Assembly (NCBI GenBank): GCA_036170915.1
Contig: JAVHQC010000017.1
Location: 10,245 to 74,244 of the forward strand
Source: Cyanobacteria bacterium auto_48_18
Lineage (GTDB): Bacteria > Cyanobacteriota > Vampirovibrionia > Obscuribacterales > Obscuribacteraceae
Length of the DNA: 64,000 nt
Direction of reading: 5' to 3'
Under the pieces are notes generated by a model. It did not search any database. It worked only from the letters and a program-made list of their open reading frames with translations, and had not been told where the DNA came from. This document shows, piece by piece, positions 1 to 10,014 of the stretch. Positions within the stretch are counted from its first letter, which is position 1, and the number at the start of each line of letters is the position of its first letter. A program made the translations under genes and the position numbers.

Positions 1-2
1 GA

Positions 3-305
3 AATCCAATCATGGGACTCTTCCTGACAGAGGCAGCCATCGCCGCAGAACTAGTCCGATGGATTCCGCTTACCGATCAACGAGACCGCCTCAAAGAGAA
101 TCGGGACGATCTCGAAGATGCGAAACGAGACGTTGAAGCCAAACAACGAACTCGCGGCAATCCAGACCAGAAGGCTGCCGACGAGGAGATCATCGAGAAG
201 ATTGATGGCGCAATCGACGACAACAAAAACACACGCAAAGATGCGCGAAAAGAGCGAGAAATCGAAGAGAGAAAACGCGATCGCGATCTTGACTTTATGG
301 AGTAA
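3..305 (+). CDS. C-terminal fragment of a 5'-truncated protein, possibly a conjugative relaxase
   Basis: Frame is open to the window edge (aat cca atc atg...). Charged coiled-coil ending RKRDRDLDFME resembles relaxase tails, and it lies 6 bp upstream of virD4. Function is inferred from context only. Confidence 0.45.
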   Translation, partial: NPIMGLFLTEAAIAAELVRWIPLTDQRDRLKENRDDLEDAKRDVEAKQRTRGNPDQKAADEEIIEKIDGAIDDNKNTRKDARKEREIEERKRDRDLDFME

Positions 306-311
306 ACAAAT

Positions 312-2405
312 ATGCAAACAACAGCACAAGACATGGGCATCGTAGACTCTACGCCAAAAGAATTACCGGTACTCGCAGTTAATGTTCTGGATCGGCTTGG
401 ATACCAGGTTTCCAGAGCGAGCAAACAACTCGATCAAATACTCGCCGTAGAAAGACTAGACGAGCAGGTCGGAAGAGATTGGTGGAGACACGAGTATAGA
501 GTCGTTCTCCGGTGGTCAGAGACATCAAATGGAGGCTCACTGGTCGACGTTGAAATCTCAGAGAAGAAAGGAGGTGGTACACACGAAGACTGCCGAAGTC
601 GATGCAAACAAGTTATTGCAAAGCTGCAAGAAGACGCGCAACGCGCAAAGCGTGTTTCCGCAACCAAAGCGAAGTCCACCATCCATGGTGGCGCAACATG
701 GGGTGATGAAAACGAGATTCGCAAAGCCGGATACATCACGCATAAGCCTGAAGCCACTCGATTAATCATCGGTAAGACACAGAACAACGAGTACATCTCG
801 GTACCGGAGCTGGTGACAAATGCGCACGCGATTGTCTGCGGACGAACCGGCGTAGGCAAGTCTAGAGGCTTCTTCATCCCGAACCTTATGGAAAGACTCG
901 GAACCAACATGATCGTCACTGAAGCCACGCCCGGATACGAACCAGGCGAACTGTACACACTCACTTCGGGTTGGAGGAAACAAGCTGGTCACCGAATTTA
1001 TTCGTTCAACCCCGCCGATATGTCCTCCACCCGAATCAATCCGGTCGACCGAGTAAGAATGGCGCCGCAACTCGAAAAAGCCAAGGAAGCCGAAAAGCTC
1101 GCCGACTTGATCATCATGAACGGCAGCGGCGAGGAACAACGCGTCGACCCAACATGGGACCGCTCTGAAAAACAGCTCCTCGTGTCACTGATACTGCACG
1201 CAGCAGCAACTGATCCAGAGATGGGACATATCGGCGCAATCAGATGGCTGCTTCTTTCTGGAATCAATCGAGTCCGCGAAACGATGGCAAAGAGTAAGTC
1301 CGAGCTTGCGCAGATGGAGTTCGAAGGTTGGCTTGGATCGACATCCGAGAACTTCAGATTCGGTGTGCTCTCGGGGCTGATGACGAAACTCAATCCTTGG
1401 ATAACTGACCAGCTCGTAGCGCTAACGGAGAAGACAGACATCGACTTTGAAGAGCTAAGAAATCAGTTGTTCACCTTCTACATCGCGGTGCCGAGCCGCT
1501 CGCGCGATAGCAAGTTGATCGGCTCCCTCCTGGTGAACTTCCTCCTCGATTACTTGCTCGACACTAAGGCCACTATGAAGTATCCGACAGCGATGTTCCT
1601 CGATGAATTCACCAACTTCGGAAAGATCGCAAACATCGCCAACGTACTGTCAATCGTCAGAAAAGCGAAGATAAGTCTCGTGCTTGGATTTCAAAATTAC
1701 TTCCAGCTCGAACGAGTCTACTCACAGAAGGAGGCGCAAATAATCTTCGATCAACCTGCAACGCAGATTTACTTCAGGCAGAAGAACTTCCGCGAAGCCC
1801 GCGCCCTGAGCGAAGCACTCGGAAGAACAACAATCGAAGAAGTCACCGTAAATGATACCGGTCGAGTGCACGAATTCATTCAAGGTCGAGCACTCGCCAC
1901 ACCGGATGAATTGATTAATCTGACCGGCGAAGTTATCGCATTCACGAACGACACCTGGCCGCTCAAGCTCCCGCTCACCGCGCCATATGCATACGAACAT
2001 GCATTGGCATATCCACCGCCGGAACGCCCAGATCATGAAATTACCGAGCACGTTCGCCGACGCGGCAGAACCGCGGAGCAAAAGGAGTCGCAGCAACATC
2101 AGCAGCAAGAACCAACAAACAACACCACCGAAAATCCATCAGGCGGAAACACCAGAAACCGCAGAAACAAAGACCGCAACAACAGAAGTCGTGACGGTGG
2201 AAATTTTGATAGCAGAAACCGCAATGACGAAAATCGCGACAACCGAAATCGACGCAAGCGAGATTCCGCAAGCCGCGATCGCGATAATCGCAACTTCAAT
2301 TCAAGCGCGCGAGAAACTCATGAAGAGCGCTCGCACGAAGACCAATCCTCATATTCACAACCACTAGACAACTCACCGGAGGTCGACGACGTATGGCCAT
2401 CATAG
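312..2405 (+). CDS. virD4: Type IV secretion coupling protein (VirD4/TraG family), lacking an N-terminal TM anchor
   Basis: Walker A GRTGVGKS followed by FFIPNL; INP motif; Walker B FLDEFTNFG; QNYFQLERVY; GRALATPDEL; R/N/D-rich disordered C-tail. Confidence 0.9.
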   Translation: MQTTAQDMGIVDSTPKELPVLAVNVLDRLGYQVSRASKQLDQILAVERLDEQVGRDWWRHEYRVVLRWSETSNGGSLVDVEISEKKGGGTHEDCRSRCKQVIAKLQEDAQRAKRVSATKAKSTIHGGATWGDENEIRKAGYITHKPEATRLIIGKTQNNEYISVPELVTNAHAIVCGRTGVGKSRGFFIPNLMERLGTNMIVTEATPGYEPGELYTLTSGWRKQAGHRIYSFNPADMSSTRINPVDRVRMAPQLEKAKEAEKLADLIIMNGSGEEQRVDPTWDRSEKQLLVSLILHAAATDPEMGHIGAIRWLLLSGINRVRETMAKSKSELAQMEFEGWLGSTSENFRFGVLSGLMTKLNPWITDQLVALTEKTDIDFEELRNQLFTFYIAVPSRSRDSKLIGSLLVNFLLDYLLDTKATMKYPTAMFLDEFTNFGKIANIANVLSIVRKAKISLVLGFQNYFQLERVYSQKEAQIIFDQPATQIYFRQKNFREARALSEALGRTTIEEVTVNDTGRVHEFIQGRALATPDELINLTGEVIAFTNDTWPLKLPLTAPYAYEHALAYPPPERPDHEITEHVRRRGRTAEQKESQQHQQQEPTNNTTENPSGGNTRNRRNKDRNNRSRDGGNFDSRNRNDENRDNRNRRKRDSASRDRDNRNFNSSARETHEERSHEDQSSYSQPLDNSPEVDDVWPS

Positions 2406-2959
2406 CGATAGCAATAGGAATCTTTGTGTTCCTCCTCACCGGAGCCGTAACCAACGAACTCACTCACGATCCAGGAGCAGGCGTTTTGTCAGGACTCATA
2501 CTCGGCTTCCTGGCAGCGTCTCCACTCTTCAAGCTCGCCGCACAAGAACGATCAAGCTTCTTGCACCCGGCACCTCGCGAATACAACATCCCCGCCAAGC
2601 TCGCCTTCGCAAAAATCCGCGACTACCTCGCCGAAGTCTCCTATAACTACGGCGACAAATGGCACGTCGTCACTGCCGACACCCAGTCCGGCCGCATCAC
2701 CGCCAACCTGCGCTTCACGGACGAATTCACCCGCATCGAAGGCGACGCCCGCGGCAACATCCACACCCGAAAGGAGCGTTTGCAACGCTTCCTCGCGCTG
2801 GATGTTCATGTCCGACGAACCGAGGATGGGACAACGCTAGTACAACTAGACTTCTCTCCTAAAGTCGAAGGCATGACCTACTCGGCATGCGACTCAATCG
2901 TTTCTTCCGTGGGAAATCAGATAACCGCGATCCTCGGAGAAGCAATCTATACGAATTGA
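2393..2959 (+). CDS. Two-TM membrane protein whose soluble domain resembles the VirD4 N-terminal domain
   Basis: GGAGGT RBS at 2378-2383; overlaps the virD4 stop by 13 nt; two hydrophobic segments in the first ~45 aa. Confidence 0.8.
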   Translation: MAIIAIAIGIFVFLLTGAVTNELTHDPGAGVLSGLILGFLAASPLFKLAAQERSSFLHPAPREYNIPAKLAFAKIRDYLAEVSYNYGDKWHVVTADTQSGRITANLRFTDEFTRIEGDARGNIHTRKERLQRFLALDVHVRRTEDGTTLVQLDFSPKVEGMTYSACDSIVSSVGNQITAILGEAIYTN

Positions 2960-3171
2960 ATATCGAACTCGAAGCCCTTAGACTAGTAGAGACATCTACC
3001 GGACCAATCAACTTGAAACTTTTGAAGAGAGCATTCTTACGTTGAAGGTCACGCAGACGAGAGTCCGAACTGGTGCTCAGTGAGGGTTGGGCTGCCTGAA
3101 ACTTGACGTTCGGTCAGTGGAATAGGCATCGTGGCACGATTTCATTAAAGATTGGGGTTTCGAGTAAGTTT

Positions 3172-4839
3172 ATGTTTTCCGAAAAAAACTCATACGAGCC
3201 GGACGCTCTTCGGGATGCATACAAGGTTCTGCTTGGAACACTTGGTTTCCAGTCGATCGAGAGCCTTAATGAGGAGACCGCAGACTGGAAAGTTGATACC
3301 TTTGACAGCTCTTATCTAGTGAAAGTCCTAACGGATCACAACATACGTTCGCTATATCAAATCGTGCGAAATTTGCATTACAGGCAACTTGAGCTGGGAT
3401 TAAAAGGGAGCATTATTCTTTATCATCGAATAATCCCTAAACCAAAGTCAGAGTATTTTGTTGGAAATTTTCCTTTGAAAATTCTGGATGCGTGTGCGAT
3501 AGGTGCACATTTGGAAATTCTGCTTGCTTATTCGCAAAATTTAGAAGACGAAGGAGATTTTGTGTCCAGTGGACATTACGCATTGGAAGGAGACGATCTT
3601 CATAGATCTGCAACCATTTTTGTAGACTATTTGCCAGAGGGCCACTTGCGCTTCTCTGGGAATGCTACGTACGGAAATCTTCGCGGCTTTGGTCCCAACA
3701 TGGGATTTTTTGAGTTTGTAGCTGATGATCTGAAAGATCGAAATTCGAGATTATTCATCTTGGACGAGGACTGGAAAATTCCAGAACAGTCAGCAGCAAG
3801 CTATGGAAATACGGTAATCTTTGAATCTACGGCTTATTCCGATGAACCGTATCGAGCGATATTCACATTCAAGAAATTCGGCTTAGTGGTGGAGGAACGC
3901 AATTTTCAATATGCACCATTCGGACACAATGTGTCCTTGAGTGGATTTTACGAAAAGGCTATTTTTCCTAGCGCTACGCGAGAATACTCTGCTGTTTCCG
4001 ATGACGAGATTTTTAGCCTATCTTGGAACTTCAAAGGAGTCTTTCGATCAATCCAGGTGGGCGCATTAGAAATCAGATTATGGCTGAACCAGTTTGCGCC
4101 AGATGAGCGACGACCGATGTTCTATCTTCTTCAGCGCGTTCGATTCTTCAACAACTTAATGGTGCGAGAAGCCGTTGAATGGTTGCATTTAAACACTCTG
4201 AAATCACTTGAGATTCAAAGAAATGACACTGAGAGCGAAAAGAGTTTTCTAATTACGGCTTTTGGAAATCCAGCAAAGAGTGGGTCAACACTTGCAAGAA
4301 TCTATCGATCAACCAATCGATTAGTCCCGGCAAACGTTGCACACCTCGATGATATCAAAGAACAACTTGAGCAGAATACTGAGATCAAACATGTTGTTTG
4401 CGTTGAGGATGTAATTGGTTCGGGAGAGGACATGCTCAATTTTCTTAGAGCACTTGATCGAAAGTTTGGACTGCTCTTAGCCGAACGCAATATTTCGGTC
4501 ATCATTCAATCCATTTGCGCGCTCACTGACGGTGTGAAGAAAATTGAGAGTGAAGCAAACAATCTCAAATACAAATTTACGCTGAACTATTATGAGCTGA
4601 TGGACAAATGCTTCTCCCAAAAACCTGAGTATTGCAACATCGATGAAGATTGGGATGAGATCATGAGGATAGCTGAAAAATACGGACGGCGGCTTCGGCC
4701 AGACAAACCCCTAGGTTATGGCGATAGCCAAATGCTCGCTGTCTTTCACGACAATTGTCCGAACAACACACTACCGATTTTGTGGGCGCAGTCGAAAGAA
4801 ATTGAGTTTTATTGGCAGCCCTTATTTCCTCGGGAATGA
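3172..4839 (+). CDS. Multidomain conflict protein: degenerate REase-like N-terminus, beta-rich middle domain, C-terminal phosphoribosyltransferase-like (PRTase-CE-type) domain
   Basis: PRPP-loop-like VEDVIGSG, KSG motif, and C-terminal PLGYG...FHDNCPNNTLPILW signature. ATG at 3172 preferred over TTG 3103. Confidence 0.7.
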   Translation: MFSEKNSYEPDALRDAYKVLLGTLGFQSIESLNEETADWKVDTFDSSYLVKVLTDHNIRSLYQIVRNLHYRQLELGLKGSIILYHRIIPKPKSEYFVGNFPLKILDACAIGAHLEILLAYSQNLEDEGDFVSSGHYALEGDDLHRSATIFVDYLPEGHLRFSGNATYGNLRGFGPNMGFFEFVADDLKDRNSRLFILDEDWKIPEQSAASYGNTVIFESTAYSDEPYRAIFTFKKFGLVVEERNFQYAPFGHNVSLSGFYEKAIFPSATREYSAVSDDEIFSLSWNFKGVFRSIQVGALEIRLWLNQFAPDERRPMFYLLQRVRFFNNLMVREAVEWLHLNTLKSLEIQRNDTESEKSFLITAFGNPAKSGSTLARIYRSTNRLVPANVAHLDDIKEQLEQNTEIKHVVCVEDVIGSGEDMLNFLRALDRKFGLLLAERNISVIIQSICALTDGVKKIESEANNLKYKFTLNYYELMDKCFSQKPEYCNIDEDWDEIMRIAEKYGRRLRPDKPLGYGDSQMLAVFHDNCPNNTLPILWAQSKEIEFYWQPLFPRE

Positions 4840-4881
4840 TCAACCTGATACTACAAACGGAAATCCAATTCCATCGGATCT

Positions 4882-7800
4882 TTAGCTTACCTTGTGATAC
4901 TTTGAATCTCTATTGTCAAACGCCGGTCGTGTGCCCTCAAGGATATCCACGACCTTTTTGTTGATCAATGGTTCCTCAAGTGAGCCTGAACTGTACTCAA
5001 TATTGATATCGTTTGCCTTCTCCAAGTGAGCGTGTATCACCTGCTCTGCGTCGCAGACAACGGCCAGGTTAGGATTATGCGTCACAATTATGACTTGTCG
5101 CCGTTGCTTTGCTTCGGTTATTGCCGGCACCAGCGTTTCGAAGACCGTCTGGTTATCTAAGTTCTCTTCGGGTTGATCGATGACCAATGGGATGTCTGAC
5201 TGATCAATTAGCAGATAAAAAACAAGGAGAAGTAGCCCCCTTTCTCCTGGAGATAACTGCTCTATGTCCTTATTGCTCAGGCGAAGCTTATACTGCGGAA
5301 TCAAGTATTCCAATCCGTAAAGAAAATCGTATAGCTGTTCTAACGAAACACCTTTCTTCAATTGGGTTGCCGGATCCGTATTGAATGCACCATCATCGGT
5401 CAAGTTATTGAACATACGAGTCAGAAAATCTATGACGTCGTCGCGATCGTTCCAGTCGAACTCTTGAAGAATCTCCTGTAGCCTGCGTGGTCCGCCTTCG
5501 CCGTAGTAGAACCCACCCGTCCCTCGGGAAATGAAGTCAAAAAATTGCCGCTCGAAGTCTTCCATTTCAAGCGAGACCGCAAATGAGAGCCCTATTTTGT
5601 CCTTAAGGAGTGGATGCTGTTCGGCAAATTCGCGAACTGGACTGTAATACTGTTCGTAAACTTTCAAGATATCTTCCAGCTTCTCGTGTATTCCAAATAC
5701 AATCTTTTCTCTTTCCAATCGAAGTGCACTAATCATTTGAGGCACGGTGTCGAGCGCGGTTAACTGTGCTTGCAAATACCCGAGCGAACCATCCAGCTCT
5801 TCGGAGCCAATCAAATTATTGCGAGCTTCAGTCCATAGCCGCTTCTGCTCCAAATACTCTTGGTACAGCAAGACTGGCTCAGAAAGCTTTTCTTCCAGCT
5901 CGCCGATCTGGCTGTCAATCTGGGCAAGCTGCTTAGGAAATCCGCCATCTAATTCTGTAGAAAGAAGTCCATCCAGATGCGCTCGGTTCAATTTCAGCTG
6001 CTCGCGTACGGTTAAGATCTGCGTATCGTCGAGCCGGACTTGAAATACTGATGCGGCATCAACACCAAGTTCTTCAAGATCTTCGGACGAATCTCTTTCA
6101 ACTTCATCCACCATTGTCCGCAAGTTTGCAAGACGCTCAACAAGCCGATCGCAAATAGCTAGTTTCCTCACGACCTGATGAAGCTGCTCTTCCGCTTCCT
6201 CAATTTTGCTTACAACCTGCTGGCGCTGTAGTCGTTGTTGTTCCAACGCTGCCACAGTAATCTTGTCGACATTGTCAGCTGACGGTTCCTTGATTTCCGC
6301 CGGAACATTTTTCTCATGTACTTGCAATTCTTCTTTCTTCTGGTTTAACTGCGCTTCAATTCTCTTGCGGTGCTCGGGCAACAGTCTCTGTTCATTTTGA
6401 ACAATGTCCACGTTTACCTTCGATAACTTAGCTCTATCAACATTTATTGACTGTTGAATCTGTTCAGTTTTAAAACCAATGAGACCATCAAGTGAGCCTT
6501 GCCCAAGTTTTTCCGCCGATGGAACGTGCGAGTAGATTACTGACTTAAGCTCGCCCTCAAAGCTTGAAGTCCCTTTCGGATCATTGCAGATTTCTTCTAA
6601 GAAATTCTGTGGAACATACTTGACCAGTTCGACGGCTGATGGATCCGGATTTTTGTCCATCTCGGCGCGCGTTGAAACTCCGCTGAGCCAAATTAACGTG
6701 GTTTCAAAATGGACAGACAAATTGTCTTTGCCCTTCCTGCGAAACTTGTGCTCATTTAGAAAGGAGAAGCACCTTGATGCTTGCGTGTTGCCCGCAAGCG
6801 CAATGCAGTCTGCGAGAGCGCTTTTCCCGCTTCCTTTGTTTCCTATGATGGCAACCAACGCTGCATTCAGCGGCAGCCGTGCGGCAAACCATGTTTCCTT
6901 CAGCGTCGACAGCGACTTCTTTTCTATCACAATTTCTTGAATGTACTTCGTTGCGTTGTTCTTTACTCTCGCTACAGGTGGCGGGACAGACCCGATGAAA
7001 ACTCTTTGATCAAATTCCTTAAGAGCATGCTGCAACCCTTTAAATGTCGGATCAGCTTTCATCCACGTAAAACAGTTACCGATTCGATCTTTCTGTCCAG
7101 AGTTCTTGAGATGATGGGCATCACTGCAATCAACAAGATGATCGTTAACTTGCGCATTGGTCAGAACTTTCCGGTGCCTTGAATAATCCTTATGGTTATC
7201 CAAAGCACTGAATACAAGATCGACGGAGTTGATCAGGTCCTTTTTCGTTGCAGCAGCCTGAGCCGTCCAAGTCATTGCAGCCCACTCAGCCTTTCCCACC
7301 GCAGTAGCGAATTTCCCTTCGAAATATGGACTTTCCAAAACCTCTTCAACTACAGTCGGTGCAACACATAGATTATTGAAGCCGGTTATCAGTGCCGAAG
7401 GAAAGGTGGCTTGCACTCCCGGCGGACTCGAATCTATTACCTTTTGTCCAAAGTCGGTAAGACTTTGCCGGTCAACGACACCGTTCCATTGCCCATGGGC
7501 TATACCTGGAGCCAATTGATATTTAGGTCTAAGGGCCGCAAGAAACTGTGCATCAATCTGGTCAGCAGTGAGCTCATCGGAGAAAATTACATGGTAGTTA
7601 ATCCTGCTGAGATCACCATCGGCACCGGCAAATGTTGACAGTCGCAGTTCAATAACGGGCAGTACACAGGCAATATTCTTGAGGCGACCGTTCTGTCGCG
7701 CCGCAACCACCTTCCGGTAACCGTCCAGAAAGAGGTAATCGTTTATGCCTATCACCGCGAATTCCGGAGGCAGAGATTCAAGATCTGCGAGGAATTGCTC

Positions 7801-7914
7801 CCACTTATCGCCGCCCCCTGCTCCATAAGTTGTGTTGACCAGAGAATCAGGAGTATGAACATGTAGGTCCCATCTTCTCCATTCCGATCCACGAGGGTAT
7901 TTGGCATTGGTCAA
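4882..7914 (-). CDS. PHP-domain plus SMC-like ABC ATPase fusion (Ppl / TrlF-like), putative anti-phage protein
   Basis: PHP motifs WDLHVHTP, INDY, IELRL, YHVIF, DCSDAH; Walker A GNKGSGKS; long coiled coil; signature LSPGERG; Walker B VIDQPEENLD; H-loop VTHN. Likely TTG start at 7914 with GGAG upstream (ORF track starts at 7998). Confidence 0.85.
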   Translation of the reverse strand: MTNAKYPRGSEWRRWDLHVHTPDSLVNTTYGAGGGDKWEQFLADLESLPPEFAVIGINDYLFLDGYRKVVAARQNGRLKNIACVLPVIELRLSTFAGADGDLSRINYHVIFSDELTADQIDAQFLAALRPKYQLAPGIAHGQWNGVVDRQSLTDFGQKVIDSSPPGVQATFPSALITGFNNLCVAPTVVEEVLESPYFEGKFATAVGKAEWAAMTWTAQAAATKKDLINSVDLVFSALDNHKDYSRHRKVLTNAQVNDHLVDCSDAHHLKNSGQKDRIGNCFTWMKADPTFKGLQHALKEFDQRVFIGSVPPPVARVKNNATKYIQEIVIEKKSLSTLKETWFAARLPLNAALVAIIGNKGSGKSALADCIALAGNTQASRCFSFLNEHKFRRKGKDNLSVHFETTLIWLSGVSTRAEMDKNPDPSAVELVKYVPQNFLEEICNDPKGTSSFEGELKSVIYSHVPSAEKLGQGSLDGLIGFKTEQIQQSINVDRAKLSKVNVDIVQNEQRLLPEHRKRIEAQLNQKKEELQVHEKNVPAEIKEPSADNVDKITVAALEQQRLQRQQVVSKIEEAEEQLHQVVRKLAICDRLVERLANLRTMVDEVERDSSEDLEELGVDAASVFQVRLDDTQILTVREQLKLNRAHLDGLLSTELDGGFPKQLAQIDSQIGELEEKLSEPVLLYQEYLEQKRLWTEARNNLIGSEELDGSLGYLQAQLTALDTVPQMISALRLEREKIVFGIHEKLEDILKVYEQYYSPVREFAEQHPLLKDKIGLSFAVSLEMEDFERQFFDFISRGTGGFYYGEGGPRRLQEILQEFDWNDRDDVIDFLTRMFNNLTDDGAFNTDPATQLKKGVSLEQLYDFLYGLEYLIPQYKLRLSNKDIEQLSPGERGLLLLVFYLLIDQSDIPLVIDQPEENLDNQTVFETLVPAITEAKQRRQVIIVTHNPNLAVVCDAEQVIHAHLEKANDINIEYSSGSLEEPLINKKVVDILEGTRPAFDNRDSKYHKVS

Positions 7915-8007
7915 AGTCTGCGCGCTCCCGTAAACAAAGCAATTGTCGTATTTCTTTCGATCTCGGCTAAGTCCCAACTGAACTCTTGATGGCACCAACG
8001 AAGTTGT

Positions 8008-8613
8008 CTAAGGCTGCTTTTGCGCCGTCAAAATCCGCTCGACCAGCTTGTACACTGTGGTGCCAAAGGTGCGTGGCCAATCTACGCACGGTGGACTGTC
8101 TCGTGTCTTGGCCCGCTCTATCGCAGCGACAATGCGATCGTCAGTAAATTTGCGAACGTCGATCCCTTTTGAGTAGTTGGGCAAATGCCTTTCCAACTTT
8201 TCTGAACATTGACGAGAACCACCGATGGTTGTGTCCTCGAAGTGCAGAAGCAACCAGTACTCGAACTTCGGGTTGCTCAAAGCAAGTCCATACTGCGCGC
8301 TTTCTTGAGACCACGCAAACAAAGGAATTAGCTGTTCTTCGGTCCAATCGTCCTTGTCCACGACGAGCCAGGCTTCATCAGTCTTTCGCAATGCAGTTCT
8401 TCTAATTCTTGCTTTGAGCCGCTCCAATACTTGTGGCGGAGAGGTCGCTTCTTCACCCGGAATACATTCGACTCGTACTACTGCATTTCCTGCGTTGAGC
8501 ATCGCGAAATACTGAGGCTCTGTTTTAGAACCTTCTACTGCGACAAGAAACAGCTTGCGATATCTGCGCTCACCGAGAGGGCGGCTAAATGATCGTCTCT
8601 TCTTCAATGCCAT
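8008..8613 (-). CDS. rloB: RloB-family TOPRIM-fold protein (AbiLii-like)
   Basis: FLVAVEGSKTEPQYF (TOPRIM Glu), WLVVDKD (DxD), SNPKFEYWLLLHF, TTVYKLVE; its ATG overlaps the ATPase stop codon. Confidence 0.88.
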   Translation of the reverse strand: MALKKRRSFSRPLGERRYRKLFLVAVEGSKTEPQYFAMLNAGNAVVRVECIPGEEATSPPQVLERLKARIRRTALRKTDEAWLVVDKDDWTEEQLIPLFAWSQESAQYGLALSNPKFEYWLLLHFEDTTIGGSRQCSEKLERHLPNYSKGIDVRKFTDDRIVAAIERAKTRDSPPCVDWPRTFGTTVYKLVERILTAQKQP

Positions 8614-9950
8614 TAGACACCCTGCTTACACTCGTTCTCGTGCCAAGAATGCACGTTACGACCGTCAAAGAAAACGCGAGGAATTCCGCCCAAGCGCCCT
8701 TGTAAGTAGCTCTTGCGAATGTCCTTGTCATAACGAACATCCTTGAAGTCGCTGAACGATGTTAGGCTAGAGCCGCCCTTCTCGCTCCGCTCTGTTATCC
8801 ACATTTCGTCCCGCCGCAGCAAATCCTGATCCATGAGCAACACATCGTGAGTGGTGAACAACAATTGCGCCCTGGTTTCGGATTTGCAACTCGACAGATA
8901 TCCTTCCAGCAGATGACGAGTGAGCAAGGTGTGCAAGCTGCGATCGAGCTCATCGATAACATAGACCTTTTGCGATTTCTCGACACAAAGATCCAGAAAA
9001 ACCGGCAACAGATCTATTACGCGCCTCGATCCATCAGACTCAAACTCCATGCCGAACTTGACGCTTTCACCGACACTGTTGGAGTGAAACGTCACTAGCT
9101 TTTTTGCAAACAGTTCACCATCCTGGCGCGACAAGGCAATTGGATCCCGGAGCATGAGCAATGCTACGTCTCCATCCTTCAAATTCTCTTCAATATCTGC
9201 AATGAATTCCTTCGGCAATCGCAAGTCGTCGAGACTTATTGCTTCGAATTCGAGATTCGTAATTCCAGTATCTAAATGCGCTAGCGCATCTCTCATCGCA
9301 CAGAGCGTCGGGCTGCCATCCTCTAGAAATCGCTCAAATCGGCCGAAGCGAGAATCTGGTGCCACCAGCTGAAGGTGATTCTCGAACCAGTCGTACACAG
9401 CTCGAAAACGCTCTACCTTTTGAGAAATTGAGTTCGTCAAAAAGAGTTGATTGTCTCTAGTTCCGCGAAAGACGAATTGGAGAGCTTGATCTTTTTCGAG
9501 ACTCTTATCGAAAACGATCCTGGAGCCAATCCGCTCGTACAGCACTTTCTCGCTCGATGCCAGTACTTCGACAAGCTTTTCTTCTAAGACAGCTTTCCTC
9601 GTTACGGCAAAACTGAATGCATAAATCTTCTCCTCAACAAGAACTTCGAGAGAGAACCGCGCTGGCTCCGTTGCGCTTGTTGGATCAAGCAAAAAATTTT
9701 CTACTGGAATTGCCGAACTTGGATGAGTGCCGCGTACGACCAAGTTCTTGATAAAGCTCAACGCCTTGAACAGATTTGTCTTGCCCGACGCATTGCCGCC
9801 ATACACAACAGCCAACGGAAGGATTCTGGTTCTATATTTGTCGACTGCAGGAATTCTTTCCCCGTGCTGCTTTTCCTTACTAGCAACCAAAGACAACGAA
9901 GCTTCCGTTTGGAAGGACATCCAATTCTGCAAAGTGAAGCTTATTAACAT
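8613..9950 (-). CDS. rloA: RloA / AbiLi-like AAA_21 ABC-type ATPase
   Basis: MLISFTLQNWMSF start typical of the family; Walker A YGGNASGKTN; ESDGSRR signature; Walker B IDELDRSLH; QLLFTTHD; RRDEMW; YLQGRLGGIP. Start reassigned to ATG 9950. Confidence 0.88.
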   Translation of the reverse strand: MLISFTLQNWMSFQTEASLSLVASKEKQHGERIPAVDKYRTRILPLAVVYGGNASGKTNLFKALSFIKNLVVRGTHPSSAIPVENFLLDPTSATEPARFSLEVLVEEKIYAFSFAVTRKAVLEEKLVEVLASSEKVLYERIGSRIVFDKSLEKDQALQFVFRGTRDNQLFLTNSISQKVERFRAVYDWFENHLQLVAPDSRFGRFERFLEDGSPTLCAMRDALAHLDTGITNLEFEAISLDDLRLPKEFIADIEENLKDGDVALLMLRDPIALSRQDGELFAKKLVTFHSNSVGESVKFGMEFESDGSRRVIDLLPVFLDLCVEKSQKVYVIDELDRSLHTLLTRHLLEGYLSSCKSETRAQLLFTTHDVLLMDQDLLRRDEMWITERSEKGGSSLTSFSDFKDVRYDKDIRKSYLQGRLGGIPRVFFDGRNVHSWHENECKQGV

Positions 9951-10014
9951 ACGGGTCCCCTTGCCTCTTCCGAGGCATTTCCTCTTTGTGAGGGCGTTTT
10001 TGCCCCTTAGGATC

